A stretch of 61,942 bases of DNA, the filler included, from Bacteriovoracaceae bacterium (GTDB lineage: Bacteria; Bdellovibrionota; Bacteriovoracia; Bacteriovoracales; Bacteriovoracaceae), in assembly GCA_018649885.1 (NCBI GenBank). It is 6 parts of 6 records of this genome, joined end to end, with 100 filler letters (N's around TTAATTAATTAA, not from the genome) between each part and the next. Parts side by side here need not be neighbours in the genome. Positions count along the whole stretch, not along the records: positions 1 to 5,943 come from JABIHA010000143.1; positions 6,044 to 22,924 come from JABIHA010000107.1; 4 more parts are not named here. One strand, written 5' to 3'. Shown here in pieces: positions 1-9,597 of the stretch. Below the pieces are notes generated by a model. That model saw only the letters and a program-made list of their open reading frames with translations, was not told where the DNA came from and did no database searches. A program made the translations under genes and the position numbers. The number at the start of each line of letters is the position of its first letter. Within the stretch, counting starts at the first letter, position 1.

Positions 1-132
1 ATGTGGATTGCGAAAAGGCCTGATAGCTATCAGGGAGTCATCCGACCCTAGAAGCCCTGCGGAGCTATATATTGCAGTAGTCTCAATCGCCTCTTCCAGT
101 GTTAATCCGGGCATTATGGTTGGAACTCTTTT
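1..132 (-). pseudogene. comM: 3' fragment of interrupted comM/yifB (Mg-chelatase-like AAA+ ATPase), runs off the contig
   Basis: Manual minus-strand translation gives KRVPTIMPGLTLEEAIETTAIYSSAGLLGSDDSLIAIRPFRNPH, matching the ComM/YifB segment KRLPTILPPLT..EA.ETT.I.S.AG....RPFR.PH. An in-frame TAA just upstream (136-138) marks the break. Not in the ORF track. Confidence 0.85.
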
Positions 133-1873
133 GTTTTAACTTTATTTTTATTAACCCCTTATTTTTCAAATAGTTAATTGCACCATAAACTTTTTGTGGT
201 GTAAGCCTCCATTCAATAGAACAATCTACATACATTTCACCAAATTCTTCGCCGTCCAAGTCTCGCTCACGCTGGTTAACTAAAATTATTTTGCCATCAA
301 TATTTAAAAGAATGCCAAGAATATGCTTTTTTTCCTCTCCAGCCAATGAATATAAACATTGTTGAAGTTTTTCCCTATATTTGCTAAAGTCCAAATCCTC
401 TATACTCTTTTCATCCACTTCAAATACGCCAATTTCTTTAGCAATATTTTCTTTTGTTTTTTTAAATTCCTCTAGTTTAAGATCGAATTTTTCTATCTCT
501 GCACGTAATAAACTCTGCGAATTTTCGTTCTTATTCTTGCTTTCACTAAAATTAATTAACTCATCCATACATTTTTTCATACTATTATTGTTTTTTTTTA
601 TTTCAGTCAAAACTCTCTTTTGCTGCTCTAATAGTTTTTTCTTATTTTCTTTTTTGTTGCCAATGAATTCCCTCAGTATTTCTTCTGGACGAGTTAAAAC
701 GCCCATCATTCTATGCCAAACAAATTCATCTACTTCATCCATTTTGATAGGACGCAAATTGCACTTCTTTTTATTACGAGCTTGCCTTGACTTCTTTCCT
801 CCAAATGCCCAAGAACATCGGTAATATGCTGGCATCGTTCCATCTTTCCTTTTGTTACCATGACTTATACCAACTTTTGATTCTCGTTTTCCTTTTTCTT
901 GACATTCCCCACAATATATATAACCTTGTGCAAGAAATTTATCAGGATATTTTATGTTTTTAGGTTTTCTTTTATTAGATTCAATCACCTTTTGTATGTT
1001 ATCCCACTCTTCCTCATTGGTAATTTCTGGAAAAGGAAATTTTATCCACTCGTTCTCATCTTTTAAAGCGGAGACTCTTTTGCCATTTTCATCTTTTTCA
1101 TAAATGCGATTACTTCCGCTACTATTCGTTTTATATTGATGCTTATTTACAACCAAATATCCTTGGTAATAGACCGGATTTTTTAAAATATAGTTTAATC
1201 CAGTATTACTCCATGTTTTGCCTCTTGGAGACTTAATATTTAAATGATTAAGATTAATCGCTACATCGTTCATCGAAAGACCTTGATTTAAATAGAGATC
1301 AACGATTTTTTTGTATACATCGCTTTGCTCTTGATCGACTTCCACCTTTCTTGCCTCTTTTACAAAACGATATCCATATGGGACTTCTCCAATAAAAATT
1401 TCATGTTTTTTTAGTTTGCTTATCTTTCCAGCTTTCATTTGCCCCATAATTAACTCTCTATCAAACTCTGCCATTCCTGCCAAAACAGTTCTCATTAGCT
1501 TCCCATTTGGAGTTGTCGTATCAATATTATCATCAAGGCTTACTAGACCCACATTGTATCCTTCCTCAAATTCATTATATAAATTCAAAAGGTCTCTAGC
1601 GTTTCTTCCAAATCGAGATAATTTTTTAAATACTACTATCTTAAATTTTTCATTCTTTGCATCTTTTCTTAGCTCGTTCAGTCCTGGTCGATCATCATTT
1701 GCACCAGAAACACCTTCATCCTTATAGATTTTGTATAACTTATATTTTTTATATTTTGCATAACTTTTTATTTCCTCAATTTGCCCTTCTAAAGACTCTC
1801 CCTCTTTCGCCTGACCAGGAGTTGAAACTCGAATGTAACCAGCAACTTTGATTTTATCATTTCCCTTCTTCAT
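83..1873 (-). CDS. Large serine recombinase (integrase)
   Basis: N-terminal YIRVST catalytic motif, LSRFGR, recombinase domain (PYGY, WSNTGLNYILKNPVY), zinc ribbon (YCGEC..YYRC) and coiled coil. Confidence 0.93.
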   Translation of the reverse strand: MKKGNDKIKVAGYIRVSTPGQAKEGESLEGQIEEIKSYAKYKKYKLYKIYKDEGVSGANDDRPGLNELRKDAKNEKFKIVVFKKLSRFGRNARDLLNLYNEFEEGYNVGLVSLDDNIDTTTPNGKLMRTVLAGMAEFDRELIMGQMKAGKISKLKKHEIFIGEVPYGYRFVKEARKVEVDQEQSDVYKKIVDLYLNQGLSMNDVAINLNHLNIKSPRGKTWSNTGLNYILKNPVYYQGYLVVNKHQYKTNSSGSNRIYEKDENGKRVSALKDENEWIKFPFPEITNEEEWDNIQKVIESNKRKPKNIKYPDKFLAQGYIYCGECQEKGKRESKVGISHGNKRKDGTMPAYYRCSWAFGGKKSRQARNKKKCNLRPIKMDEVDEFVWHRMMGVLTRPEEILREFIGNKKENKKKLLEQQKRVLTEIKKNNNSMKKCMDELINFSESKNKNENSQSLLRAEIEKFDLKLEEFKKTKENIAKEIGVFEVDEKSIEDLDFSKYREKLQQCLYSLAGEEKKHILGILLNIDGKIILVNQRERDLDGEEFGEMYVDCSIEWRLTPQKVYGAINYLKNKGLIKIKLKQKSSNHNARINTGRGD

Positions 1874-2097
1874 GTTTATTTGTTTAAAGCCCCTTTTATC
1901 AATCTTTTTATTAGTTAAAAACCTTTTTTGTGGTATCTATATATAACTAGGTTCCAGAATTTCTGATAGACAATTTTGATTTTTTTGAAATTAGCATAAC
2001 CGACTTTGATGATTTTCTTTTTTGACAGACTGTAAATTTGTGCAGACTGGGCATTTCAGAACAAATGTCCTGCAATCAGTGTCACTTCTATCAGTCA

Positions 2098-4989
2098 TTA
2101 GTTGTTTATCCATTCTGTTATTGTATAGTCACAACCATATAAATAATTCGTGCAACCGAAAAATTTGTAAGTATTGCCGTTCTTTGCTTTGCCTGTTTTT
2201 CTTAAAACAATATCTGCCGCTTTACAAGTCGGACATTTTTTGTTGGGAGACTGTTTGGTTTCAACTTCTAGCTCTGTGATGAATTTTGACTTAAAATAAC
2301 TGTCAGCAATAAAGTAGACTTTCTCTTTTGCTCTTGTCATAGCGACATAGAACAAACGCCTTTCTTCCCCGTTTTCAAATTGGTCTGCTTCGCTAAGCAA
2401 AAGATTTAATACTTGATCGTCTGTCATTTCAGAAGGAAAACCATATTTGCCAGAATTACAATTAAGAACAATAACAATGTCACCTTCCAGTCCCTTGGAT
2501 TTGTGAACTGTCATAAATTGTGCTTTAAGCTTTTTAGTTTCTCCTTCTTCTGTCTTGAGACTATATAAAATAGTCTCATCCTCCTTGTCAATTCGAAAAA
2601 CAGAGTTTTCATTTTTGATTCTATCAATGTCAAGGCGGTATCTTCCAAGAATTATAATTTCTTTCTCTTCAACATCTTCGCCAGTAGTCAACAGTTGATT
2701 GAAAATATCTTTAAGAACTAAGGTATCGTCATGATTGTCGGTTGTTGAATAATGAATTTCATAGTCAGTTCTTCGTGTACTTGATGTTCCTCTTAATTCT
2801 TTTTCGGATTGATTTGGATTTTTTTGAATGAAGTCGCTCGAAAGGCTTATGAGAGGGTTATGAAAACGATAAGTCGTTTCCATTTTTGATTTGACTGTAA
2901 ACCCGAAATAATTCCCAAATTCCTTAAAAAGAGCGATATCACTACCACTGAAGCGATAGATTGATTGCCAATCATCACCAACACAAAAGAGTTTGCAATA
3001 TGGATTCTTTGTTTGTATCGCCTTTACAAGCTGGTACCTTCCCATTGAAATATCTTGGAACTCATCAATGATTACATAGCTATATTTTCGTTTGTGCTTT
3101 CCGCTTGTAATATATTTTGTTGCTTTGTTGATCATATCGCTAAAATCAATTTCTTTTCTTTCACTCAAATGGTTTTCGTAGCGTTCAAAAATAGGTTTAA
3201 TGATTTTAATGAACAAAGTATTTCGTTTTTTTAATAATCCCTCCTTAGTCTGTTCATTTTTGTTAATTACATCATCAATTGAATAATTGTTTGATTTCAT
3301 TAAAGTAATAAAAGTCACAAGCAAAGTGAGAAAACTATTGACTTCTTCCTTTGCAGCATCGGAAATAATTTTCCATATCTCTTCTGGCGATTTAGGCTTG
3401 AGAATAATACCTACAGCCCTCAGATTCTTAGTGAGATTGCCAAATAAAACACCTTCACTCATTTCATAGCTGTAACTTTCAATCAAAGTTGTGCCGTTGC
3501 TTTTATGAATATCTCTTTTCCACTTCATATCATCAAGATATTTTTCACTCGCGGAACGAGTACTGTCACCTGAGAACCAACTAGGAACATTCCCGCTTTT
3601 TGAAATTCCAAAGTGCTCTATATAAACTTTCTTGCCGTTTTGCATTACTGTGAAATCTGGCTTGTATTGTCTAAACTCTTCGCTTGCGGTATCGTGTTCG
3701 TAAGGAAATTCATATTCGTAGTTGACATCATTGAACAAAAGAAAGTTTGCGATTAAGCACTCTTCAACACTTTTCACAACTTCCATTCTGTAAGTCATTT
3801 TTCCTTTTGCCTGAACTTCTTTCCTTTTGTAACTTCTGAAATTTTGGTCTTTGAGATATTGAATGTAGTCACCTTGATTGTCGAAATCAAATTGAGATTT
3901 TGCGGGTTTCAGAAAGTTTGCAAAGTATTCTGTTACCTTTTGCAGGCAACTTACATTGCTGTTTAACTCTGTAAAATATTTAGTAATCAGTGGTTTAAAT
4001 TGTGCTTCCTCAAAAATACTTGGCTGTTTGGATTCTGATTCTGCAACGATGTCTTTCCCAAACTTGTGGAAAGTTTTTACATCAACTCCTTCAATGTCTA
4101 TTCTACTCGCAAGGGTAGACGCAGACTTTTTTGTGAATGAAATGATCAATATTTCTTCTGGGGCAACTTTGTAACGGTCAATTATGTAATTAACCTTTCC
4201 TACAATAGTTGTTGTCTTACCTGATCCTGCACCTGCTATTACAATGCTGTTGTCCTCGTCTGTTATAATTGCAGTTCGCTGTTGAATGTCAAGCTTTCTT
4301 CCCTCTATATTATCAAAGAAGTAACTGTATTTCCCCAATTCTTCTTTTATAAAAAGTTTGTTGAAGTCATCTCTCAAATTGACAGCGTTATTAAAGTAGC
4401 CTGTTAAAGTTTCAATTACATCTACCTCCTCACCTGAAAGTTGAATGGAGCGAAAGGGCTTCTCTTTGATTTCATTCATCAGGCTTGTTTGTTGGGCTTT
4501 CCAAACTGTCAATTGGTAATTTGTAAAGTAGCCCGTCTTTAGGTCAAGGTGTTGTGCAAGCTTGCTGTTTGCGATCTCGATGTCGTCAAGTTTGCTCTTA
4601 AAAAAGTCATACAAGGCTTGTTTTGACTCTTCGTTTATAGGTTTCCCTCTAAAAAATTCCTCACATTCTGCCAGTTGTGATTCGTATTCCATTAAAGAAG
4701 AAGTATCTTCTGCACTTAATGATTTGCTCTTTAGGTCTCTATCTACAAAATTATTCCGAAGCACTATTATAATTAGACTAAGTATATATCCTATACCCAT
4801 GTGACCAATAAAGCTCATCTTTGATCCTAAAACAATAGAAGACAGCACTGTGGCTACAATAAAGAAAGTAATATAAAAGCCACATCCCCATTTAAAGCCT
4901 TCATGCTTGTTATAGGGCTTTCGCCCAGATCGTATCTTCTCTATGTCGGAATCAGTAAGGCCGTAATCAGAAGGCAAAGGTTTTTTCAT
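2098..4989 (-). CDS. UvrD-family helicase (DNA helicase IV-like) with N-terminal TM segments and C-terminal C4 zinc ribbon
   Basis: AGAGSGKT Walker A, TFH, IDEFQD, VGDDWQSIYRFSG, TVHKSKGLE, EERRLFYVAMTRAK; C-terminal CPTC...FFGCTNY...C. Confidence 0.9.
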   Translation of the reverse strand: MKKPLPSDYGLTDSDIEKIRSGRKPYNKHEGFKWGCGFYITFFIVATVLSSIVLGSKMSFIGHMGIGYILSLIIIVLRNNFVDRDLKSKSLSAEDTSSLMEYESQLAECEEFFRGKPINEESKQALYDFFKSKLDDIEIANSKLAQHLDLKTGYFTNYQLTVWKAQQTSLMNEIKEKPFRSIQLSGEEVDVIETLTGYFNNAVNLRDDFNKLFIKEELGKYSYFFDNIEGRKLDIQQRTAIITDEDNSIVIAGAGSGKTTTIVGKVNYIIDRYKVAPEEILIISFTKKSASTLASRIDIEGVDVKTFHKFGKDIVAESESKQPSIFEEAQFKPLITKYFTELNSNVSCLQKVTEYFANFLKPAKSQFDFDNQGDYIQYLKDQNFRSYKRKEVQAKGKMTYRMEVVKSVEECLIANFLLFNDVNYEYEFPYEHDTASEEFRQYKPDFTVMQNGKKVYIEHFGISKSGNVPSWFSGDSTRSASEKYLDDMKWKRDIHKSNGTTLIESYSYEMSEGVLFGNLTKNLRAVGIILKPKSPEEIWKIISDAAKEEVNSFLTLLVTFITLMKSNNYSIDDVINKNEQTKEGLLKKRNTLFIKIIKPIFERYENHLSERKEIDFSDMINKATKYITSGKHKRKYSYVIIDEFQDISMGRYQLVKAIQTKNPYCKLFCVGDDWQSIYRFSGSDIALFKEFGNYFGFTVKSKMETTYRFHNPLISLSSDFIQKNPNQSEKELRGTSSTRRTDYEIHYSTTDNHDDTLVLKDIFNQLLTTGEDVEEKEIIILGRYRLDIDRIKNENSVFRIDKEDETILYSLKTEEGETKKLKAQFMTVHKSKGLEGDIVIVLNCNSGKYGFPSEMTDDQVLNLLLSEADQFENGEERRLFYVAMTRAKEKVYFIADSYFKSKFITELEVETKQSPNKKCPTCKAADIVLRKTGKAKNGNTYKFFGCTNYLYGCDYTITEWINN

Positions 4990-5235
4990 TTTGGAATCTC
5001 ACTTTTGCTATGAATAATAATGTTGTTTTTATTAAAACATATCCCTTAAATAACGGAGTATGTCTGTGTAGTATGAAATCTTGTAGTTTTATTGGTGCTG
5101 AGGTTTATAATACTCAAATACGATCAAAATCAAGGTGGTAGAATCTTTAAACCGTCTAAAAGTAATCTATATTATGATAATGGCCAGTTTTCTTTATATT
5201 CAGCTGTGATAAGCTCAATTGCTTCTTTAACGCCT

Positions 5236-5871
5236 TTATTCATTTTCCAAACCCCTTGATTTAATAAAATTCACAAGGCTCCCTCTACTCACTTCTAGTT
5301 TTCTTGCAATTGCTGATTTAGCAACACCGTATTTGAGTTCTGCTTGAATGAACTCTTCCTTACCATCAAGTATGCTCTTACCAGTTGAGCCTTTTGGACG
5401 ACCTAATAGCTTACCCTTCGCTCTAGCTGCTTGTAATCCTGCCTTTGTGCGTTCACTTACTAACTGTCGTTCTATCTCTGCTAACATTGAAAAGCAACTA
5501 ACTAAGGCGGTTGTTTGTATATCCTTTTTACCATTACCATTTAAACGAATGCCTTCCTTGATAGCCACAAACTTAATCTTATTGCTTACCAATTCGTCTA
5601 CTATCGTTGCAAGCTGACCAACGGAACGCCCTAATCTAGATAATTCACTAACAATCAGCGTATCTCCTGTTTGTAAGTTTTCCATTAGCTCATCAATACG
5701 CCTTGTTTTCTTATCCTTACGACTGGACACTTCGATCATGATATAGTCATCAACCTTAAAATTATTCTGTCGAGCATATTCTAAAATTTCTAGTCTTTGA
5801 TTATCTGCGTCTTGATCTGACGTGCTCACACGACAATAAGCATAAACTTTGCCTTTGTTTTTTTCCCCCAT
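5236..5871 (-). CDS. Small serine resolvase/invertase
   Basis: YCRVST, ELSRLGRS, ERTKAGL..AR..G..LGRP and a C-terminal HTH. Confidence 0.93.
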   Translation of the reverse strand: MGEKNKGKVYAYCRVSTSDQDADNQRLEILEYARQNNFKVDDYIMIEVSSRKDKKTRRIDELMENLQTGDTLIVSELSRLGRSVGQLATIVDELVSNKIKFVAIKEGIRLNGNGKKDIQTTALVSCFSMLAEIERQLVSERTKAGLQAARAKGKLLGRPKGSTGKSILDGKEEFIQAELKYGVAKSAIARKLEVSRGSLVNFIKSRGLENE

Positions 5872-5943
5872 TTTCTCCTCACATTTACAAATTAACCAAT
5901 AAAACCACTAATCAGGTTAAATTATACATTTACTGCCCATGAA

Positions 5944-6043
5944 NNNNNNNNNNNNNNNNNNNNNNNNNNNNNNNNNNNNNNNNNNNNTTAATTAATTAAN
6001 NNNNNNNNNNNNNNNNNNNNNNNNNNNNNNNNNNNNNNNNNNN
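5944..6043. other. Artificial contig linker
   Basis: N-run/TTAATTAATTAA/N-run. The same linker occurs at 22925-23024, 41409-41508, 49652-49751 and 55549-55648. Confidence 0.98.
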
Positions 6044-6044
6044 C

Positions 6045-6914
6045 TTGTCACTACAAAATTTATCAGATGAAAGACTTATAGCAGACACTAAAATGTGGAA
6101 TGAAAAAGAAGAATACTCCACTCGTCAGTTCCTGAGGCACATCAATGAAGTGAATAGAAGAAGGCTTTATTGTGATGATAAGACGGGCTCACTCTTTAAA
6201 TATATCCGCAAAAATTTTAATAAAAGTGATAGCGAGGCTAGTCGAAGAATTCTGGCGGCCAAAACTCTAAGACTTGTACCAAATGCTGATAAAGCACTAG
6301 CAAAGAAACAAGTAACACTGACAAGCCTAGCAGAAGTATCAAGTTTAGTGGATGGTATTAAAAGTAATAAAAAGAAAAATGAGATCCTGAGCAGCATTGT
6401 GGGAAAAACTCAAACCCAGACAAGAGAGCTTGTGGAGAAGCTGACAGGTAAAAAGCGTGCCACAAGACCCCAAACCCGATCACACTCAGATGGAAGCCTT
6501 CGTATCCACCTCACCTTAGTGGGACAAACAGCAAAAGATTATCAGTTTATTAAAGAGCAGCTTTCAAATAAGGGACTATATAGTACAGAAGATATTATCG
6601 GACACGCCATCACAGAGACGGCAGACAGTATCAGAAAAAAGATCGCAGGTATTGGTTCTAGAAAATCTAAAGTGATCACCAACACAAGAACGATCTCTGC
6701 AGCTATCAAAAGATCTGTCATGACGAGATCAGGCAATAAGTGCGAAAACTGCAGCTCAAAATACAACCTACACTTTGACCATGTCATCCCCTACAGTGTC
6801 TCAAAGTCATCGGCGATTGGGAATGTGCGACAGTTGTGTTCAAATTGCAATAACAGAGCTGCTATCATGACACTTTCTCAAGAAAAGATGGATCTATATA
6901 TCAACAAGAGCTAG
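6045..6914 (+). CDS. HNH endonuclease with helical N-terminal domain
   Basis: C-terminal CENC..FDHVIP....S...NVRQLCSNCN; N-terminal RRLY...SLFKY....SDSEASRRILAA shared with ORF 21148-21903. Starts at the contig edge. Confidence 0.85.
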   Translation: MSLQNLSDERLIADTKMWNEKEEYSTRQFLRHINEVNRRRLYCDDKTGSLFKYIRKNFNKSDSEASRRILAAKTLRLVPNADKALAKKQVTLTSLAEVSSLVDGIKSNKKKNEILSSIVGKTQTQTRELVEKLTGKKRATRPQTRSHSDGSLRIHLTLVGQTAKDYQFIKEQLSNKGLYSTEDIIGHAITETADSIRKKIAGIGSRKSKVITNTRTISAAIKRSVMTRSGNKCENCSSKYNLHFDHVIPYSVSKSSAIGNVRQLCSNCNNRAAIMTLSQEKMDLYINKS

Positions 6915-6981
6915 AAAAAAGCAATACGCCCCTCAATTTTATCTTCTGCCCACTGACAGCGATCAAGCTACACCCAAACTT

Positions 6982-7085
6982 TGTTCCACTGAATCGACAC
7001 CGCCTGCGGCGGAATTACCCTGTGGGTAATTCTGAAGCTGAGTGGAACACACTAAGAGAAGCAAGCCGTAAGGCGCGGTTTCGCG
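6982..7085. ncRNA. Putative structured RNA or palindromic element downstream of the HNH gene
   Basis: TGTTCCACT (6982-6990) and AGTGGAACA (7041-7049) enclose hairpins CCGCC-tgc-GGCGG and GAATTACCC-tgt-GGGTAATTC. These are followed by GCC-gtaa-GGC and CGCG-gttt-CGCG. Confidence 0.45.
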
Positions 7086-7552
7086 AACACCACCCATAAA
7101 ACACCAAACTTACATCAAAGCCTATTAATACCACCGGACCATGATAATCTTTTTCCAGCAATTACCACAAACCTAAACTCAACTAGAGCGATCTGATCAA
7201 TACAAAACCATGCGACTTAAAAATCTACGCCTTGATAGAAGGCGCTCTCCAAACCCCATAAGCTCACCAAACTATCCAGCGCCGTGAACAACCCAAACAG
7301 GGTTCAAATTCCACCAACTAAAACACAAATTATATTTTTGTTACCCTCGTCGGTAAATTAAAGATCCTATAGGTTGGCCATTTTCACTTGTTAGAGGTGA
7401 TGCTGAACTCCCTCAAATATGAAGCTGGCATCGTTTTTTTTGATTTTCTAAATTCTACAATTTTTTTAAAAGTGATCTTCTTTTTTACTCGGGTGTAAAT
7501 AAAAAGTGTATTAATTCAAATCTTAAGGAAATGACATTGCATGACGAACAAT

Positions 7553-8053
7553 CTATATCTCTACCCTTGCAGTCCCTTTTCCCTGAAAATAACCATTAAT
7601 TAAAACAACACTATTACACCTTGAAATGGCATCTAGTGGATCAGAAACTTGCGATAAATTCCCTCTATAACATAGATCAAAAAATGGATTTTGCTGCAAT
7701 TTCTTAAGCGTTAGACTATTTCTTTTATCAGTACAATATAGGTAGGACTCTGTATCACCCAGGCCCATATCTCTGGTCTGAGATAGACAATAAGATACAT
7801 TTCCGGCCTCTAAATTTAAAATGGCATACTTAGGATGGTGTCCACAAATGATGTTAGCTTTTACTTTTCCAACCTCTAATTCTGCCACAAGCCTTTGATG
7901 GCATTCTGTAACATCACTGGAATTTCGGTCATCTTTTTGCACTAATTGGGCAATTTCCTTCAATTTGCTGTCTAATGTGCTCTCTCTGGCCCAAACAGCT
8001 ACTGCAACCAAACAAATTGCCAAAAATATCAATGATCTCATAATTCCTCCCAA
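7553..8053 (-). CDS. Secreted Cys-containing hypothetical protein
   Basis: Signal-peptide-like N-terminus (MRSLIFLAICLVAVAVWA) and six Cys in the mature part. Confidence 0.7.
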   Translation of the reverse strand: MGGIMRSLIFLAICLVAVAVWARESTLDSKLKEIAQLVQKDDRNSSDVTECHQRLVAELEVGKVKANIICGHHPKYAILNLEAGNVSYCLSQTRDMGLGDTESYLYCTDKRNSLTLKKLQQNPFFDLCYRGNLSQVSDPLDAISRCNSVVLINGYFQGKGTARVEI

Positions 8054-8130
8054 CCCAAAGGACCCTCGCTCTTCTTATTAGACGTTGGCGGTGAGGAAAT
8101 GTTTCAAAATAAATTTTGTTTAGAGTTTGG

Positions 8131-9585
8131 CTAGAAGGAGCTTTGGTAGATCACTCTTTCCCATGAATTACTACGACCAAGGCTTTTCGTGTTTCCACAG
8201 CGCCAGCCACCGTTTAGACTACCGCCACTGGTGTGCCAGCAAAGCCTTTGATCGCCGTCAGTTGTTTGGGTATCACAAGAGTTCTTAGCAAGAGTTGCCC
8301 CTTCAGGAGCAAATCCTAGGGACTGGTTAACATTAAAGTAAAATTTCACCTTATTGTGATCATGCCCACTTGTCGTATCTCTTGCAGTCACCTTGAAAAC
8401 TTCATCTCTTTTTCCAGAGGCCATTAAAGTCAGAGTTTTACTACCTTTGGGTCTACAGGCAAGAATAATATTTTTTCCAGAGCAGTTTTTGAGAATCGTA
8501 CTCATCTTAATGCCTCTAACACTATACGTGTCTGAATAACACACCTTCCAACCCATCAATATTTTTTCATCTACATTTTTATGAATGCCCACAAAATAGG
8601 TAATCAGCTTATGAAGAGAAACAGATAATTTAGTGGCAACTTTCATGCTCGATAAATCACCTGTAATATCCCACTCCCCGTGGTAATTGCCACCAAAACA
8701 CTCAACTCCTTGGTCTTTGTAAAAAGCACAGGTATAGAAGTTTGATGAACGGACCAAAAGAGGATCTTTCATTTTAGGGTGATCAATTTGTCCTTCAGTA
8801 TTTTCTCCCCAACAATCTAGCTTGGTATTATTCATATCAGTTTGATCAATGGCACAAATATGTTTTCTCCCAGCAGAGAGTGACAATGGGAAGTGCATTT
8901 TAGGCGGTTTCACTGCCAGAAGATCTCTTTTTCCCCAGCACACAACTTTTCTTTTATATTTTGAAAGATGATCAATAGCACAGGCAAAATCTTTTCCCAA
9001 GCTAACATCTACAGGATTAACAAGGGGTGGAACTTCAGTTTTTCCATAGCGGTTATTTCCCCAGCACCTGAGTTGGTTTTGTCCCACTTTTACTTTATCA
9101 ATAATACAGCCATGATTTTGGTTGATAGCAAGCTTTTGAATCTCTATGTAGCTAGGAGCTTTGAATTTAGTGAGTGCTGAACTTCCATGACAAGTAACGA
9201 CTCCTCTATCGGCCACACAAACAGAGGCCTTAAAGCTTGTCATCAATTTGGGATCGCTATAGGATTTGGTAACTTTGAGATCACTTCCAATACATCTTAA
9301 ATCTCCAGAAGCAATAGTACATAGATGATGATGACCAACACTCATGTGAGTAATCTTATTTGCATATTTCGGTGTTTTAAAAAGATCAGTATCCACACCC
9401 TGGCAAATAAGATTTTTATTTCCCGACTCTTCAACAAGAGCACAACTAAGGTTATTTCCAACACCAAACTCCTCCACTGTAGAATCAACAGCGAAGCTAA
9501 GGCTCGGTAAAATGATTGCGGAAAATAAAACTAATAATTTCATATACTCACCTCTGTTTTTAGCACACACCATGCTATTGAACAC
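8131..9585 (-). CDS. Secreted RCC1-like repeat protein with Cys/Trp-rich C-terminal domain
   Basis: Repeated G..H.C.I...L.CWG.N..G motifs. Likely start at MKLLVLF, which has an upstream GAGG. Confidence 0.8.
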   Translation of the reverse strand: MFNSMVCAKNRGEYMKLLVLFSAIILPSLSFAVDSTVEEFGVGNNLSCALVEESGNKNLICQGVDTDLFKTPKYANKITHMSVGHHHLCTIASGDLRCIGSDLKVTKSYSDPKLMTSFKASVCVADRGVVTCHGSSALTKFKAPSYIEIQKLAINQNHGCIIDKVKVGQNQLRCWGNNRYGKTEVPPLVNPVDVSLGKDFACAIDHLSKYKRKVVCWGKRDLLAVKPPKMHFPLSLSAGRKHICAIDQTDMNNTKLDCWGENTEGQIDHPKMKDPLLVRSSNFYTCAFYKDQGVECFGGNYHGEWDITGDLSSMKVATKLSVSLHKLITYFVGIHKNVDEKILMGWKVCYSDTYSVRGIKMSTILKNCSGKNIILACRPKGSKTLTLMASGKRDEVFKVTARDTTSGHDHNKVKFYFNVNQSLGFAPEGATLAKNSCDTQTTDGDQRLCWHTSGGSLNGGWRCGNTKSLGRSNSWERVIYQSSF

Positions 9586-9597
9586 AGAGTATATCCG

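Noticed and set aside
5944..6043. TTAATTAATTAA inside N-runs, five times
   Set aside because: Artificial six-frame-stop contig linker with no biological meaning.
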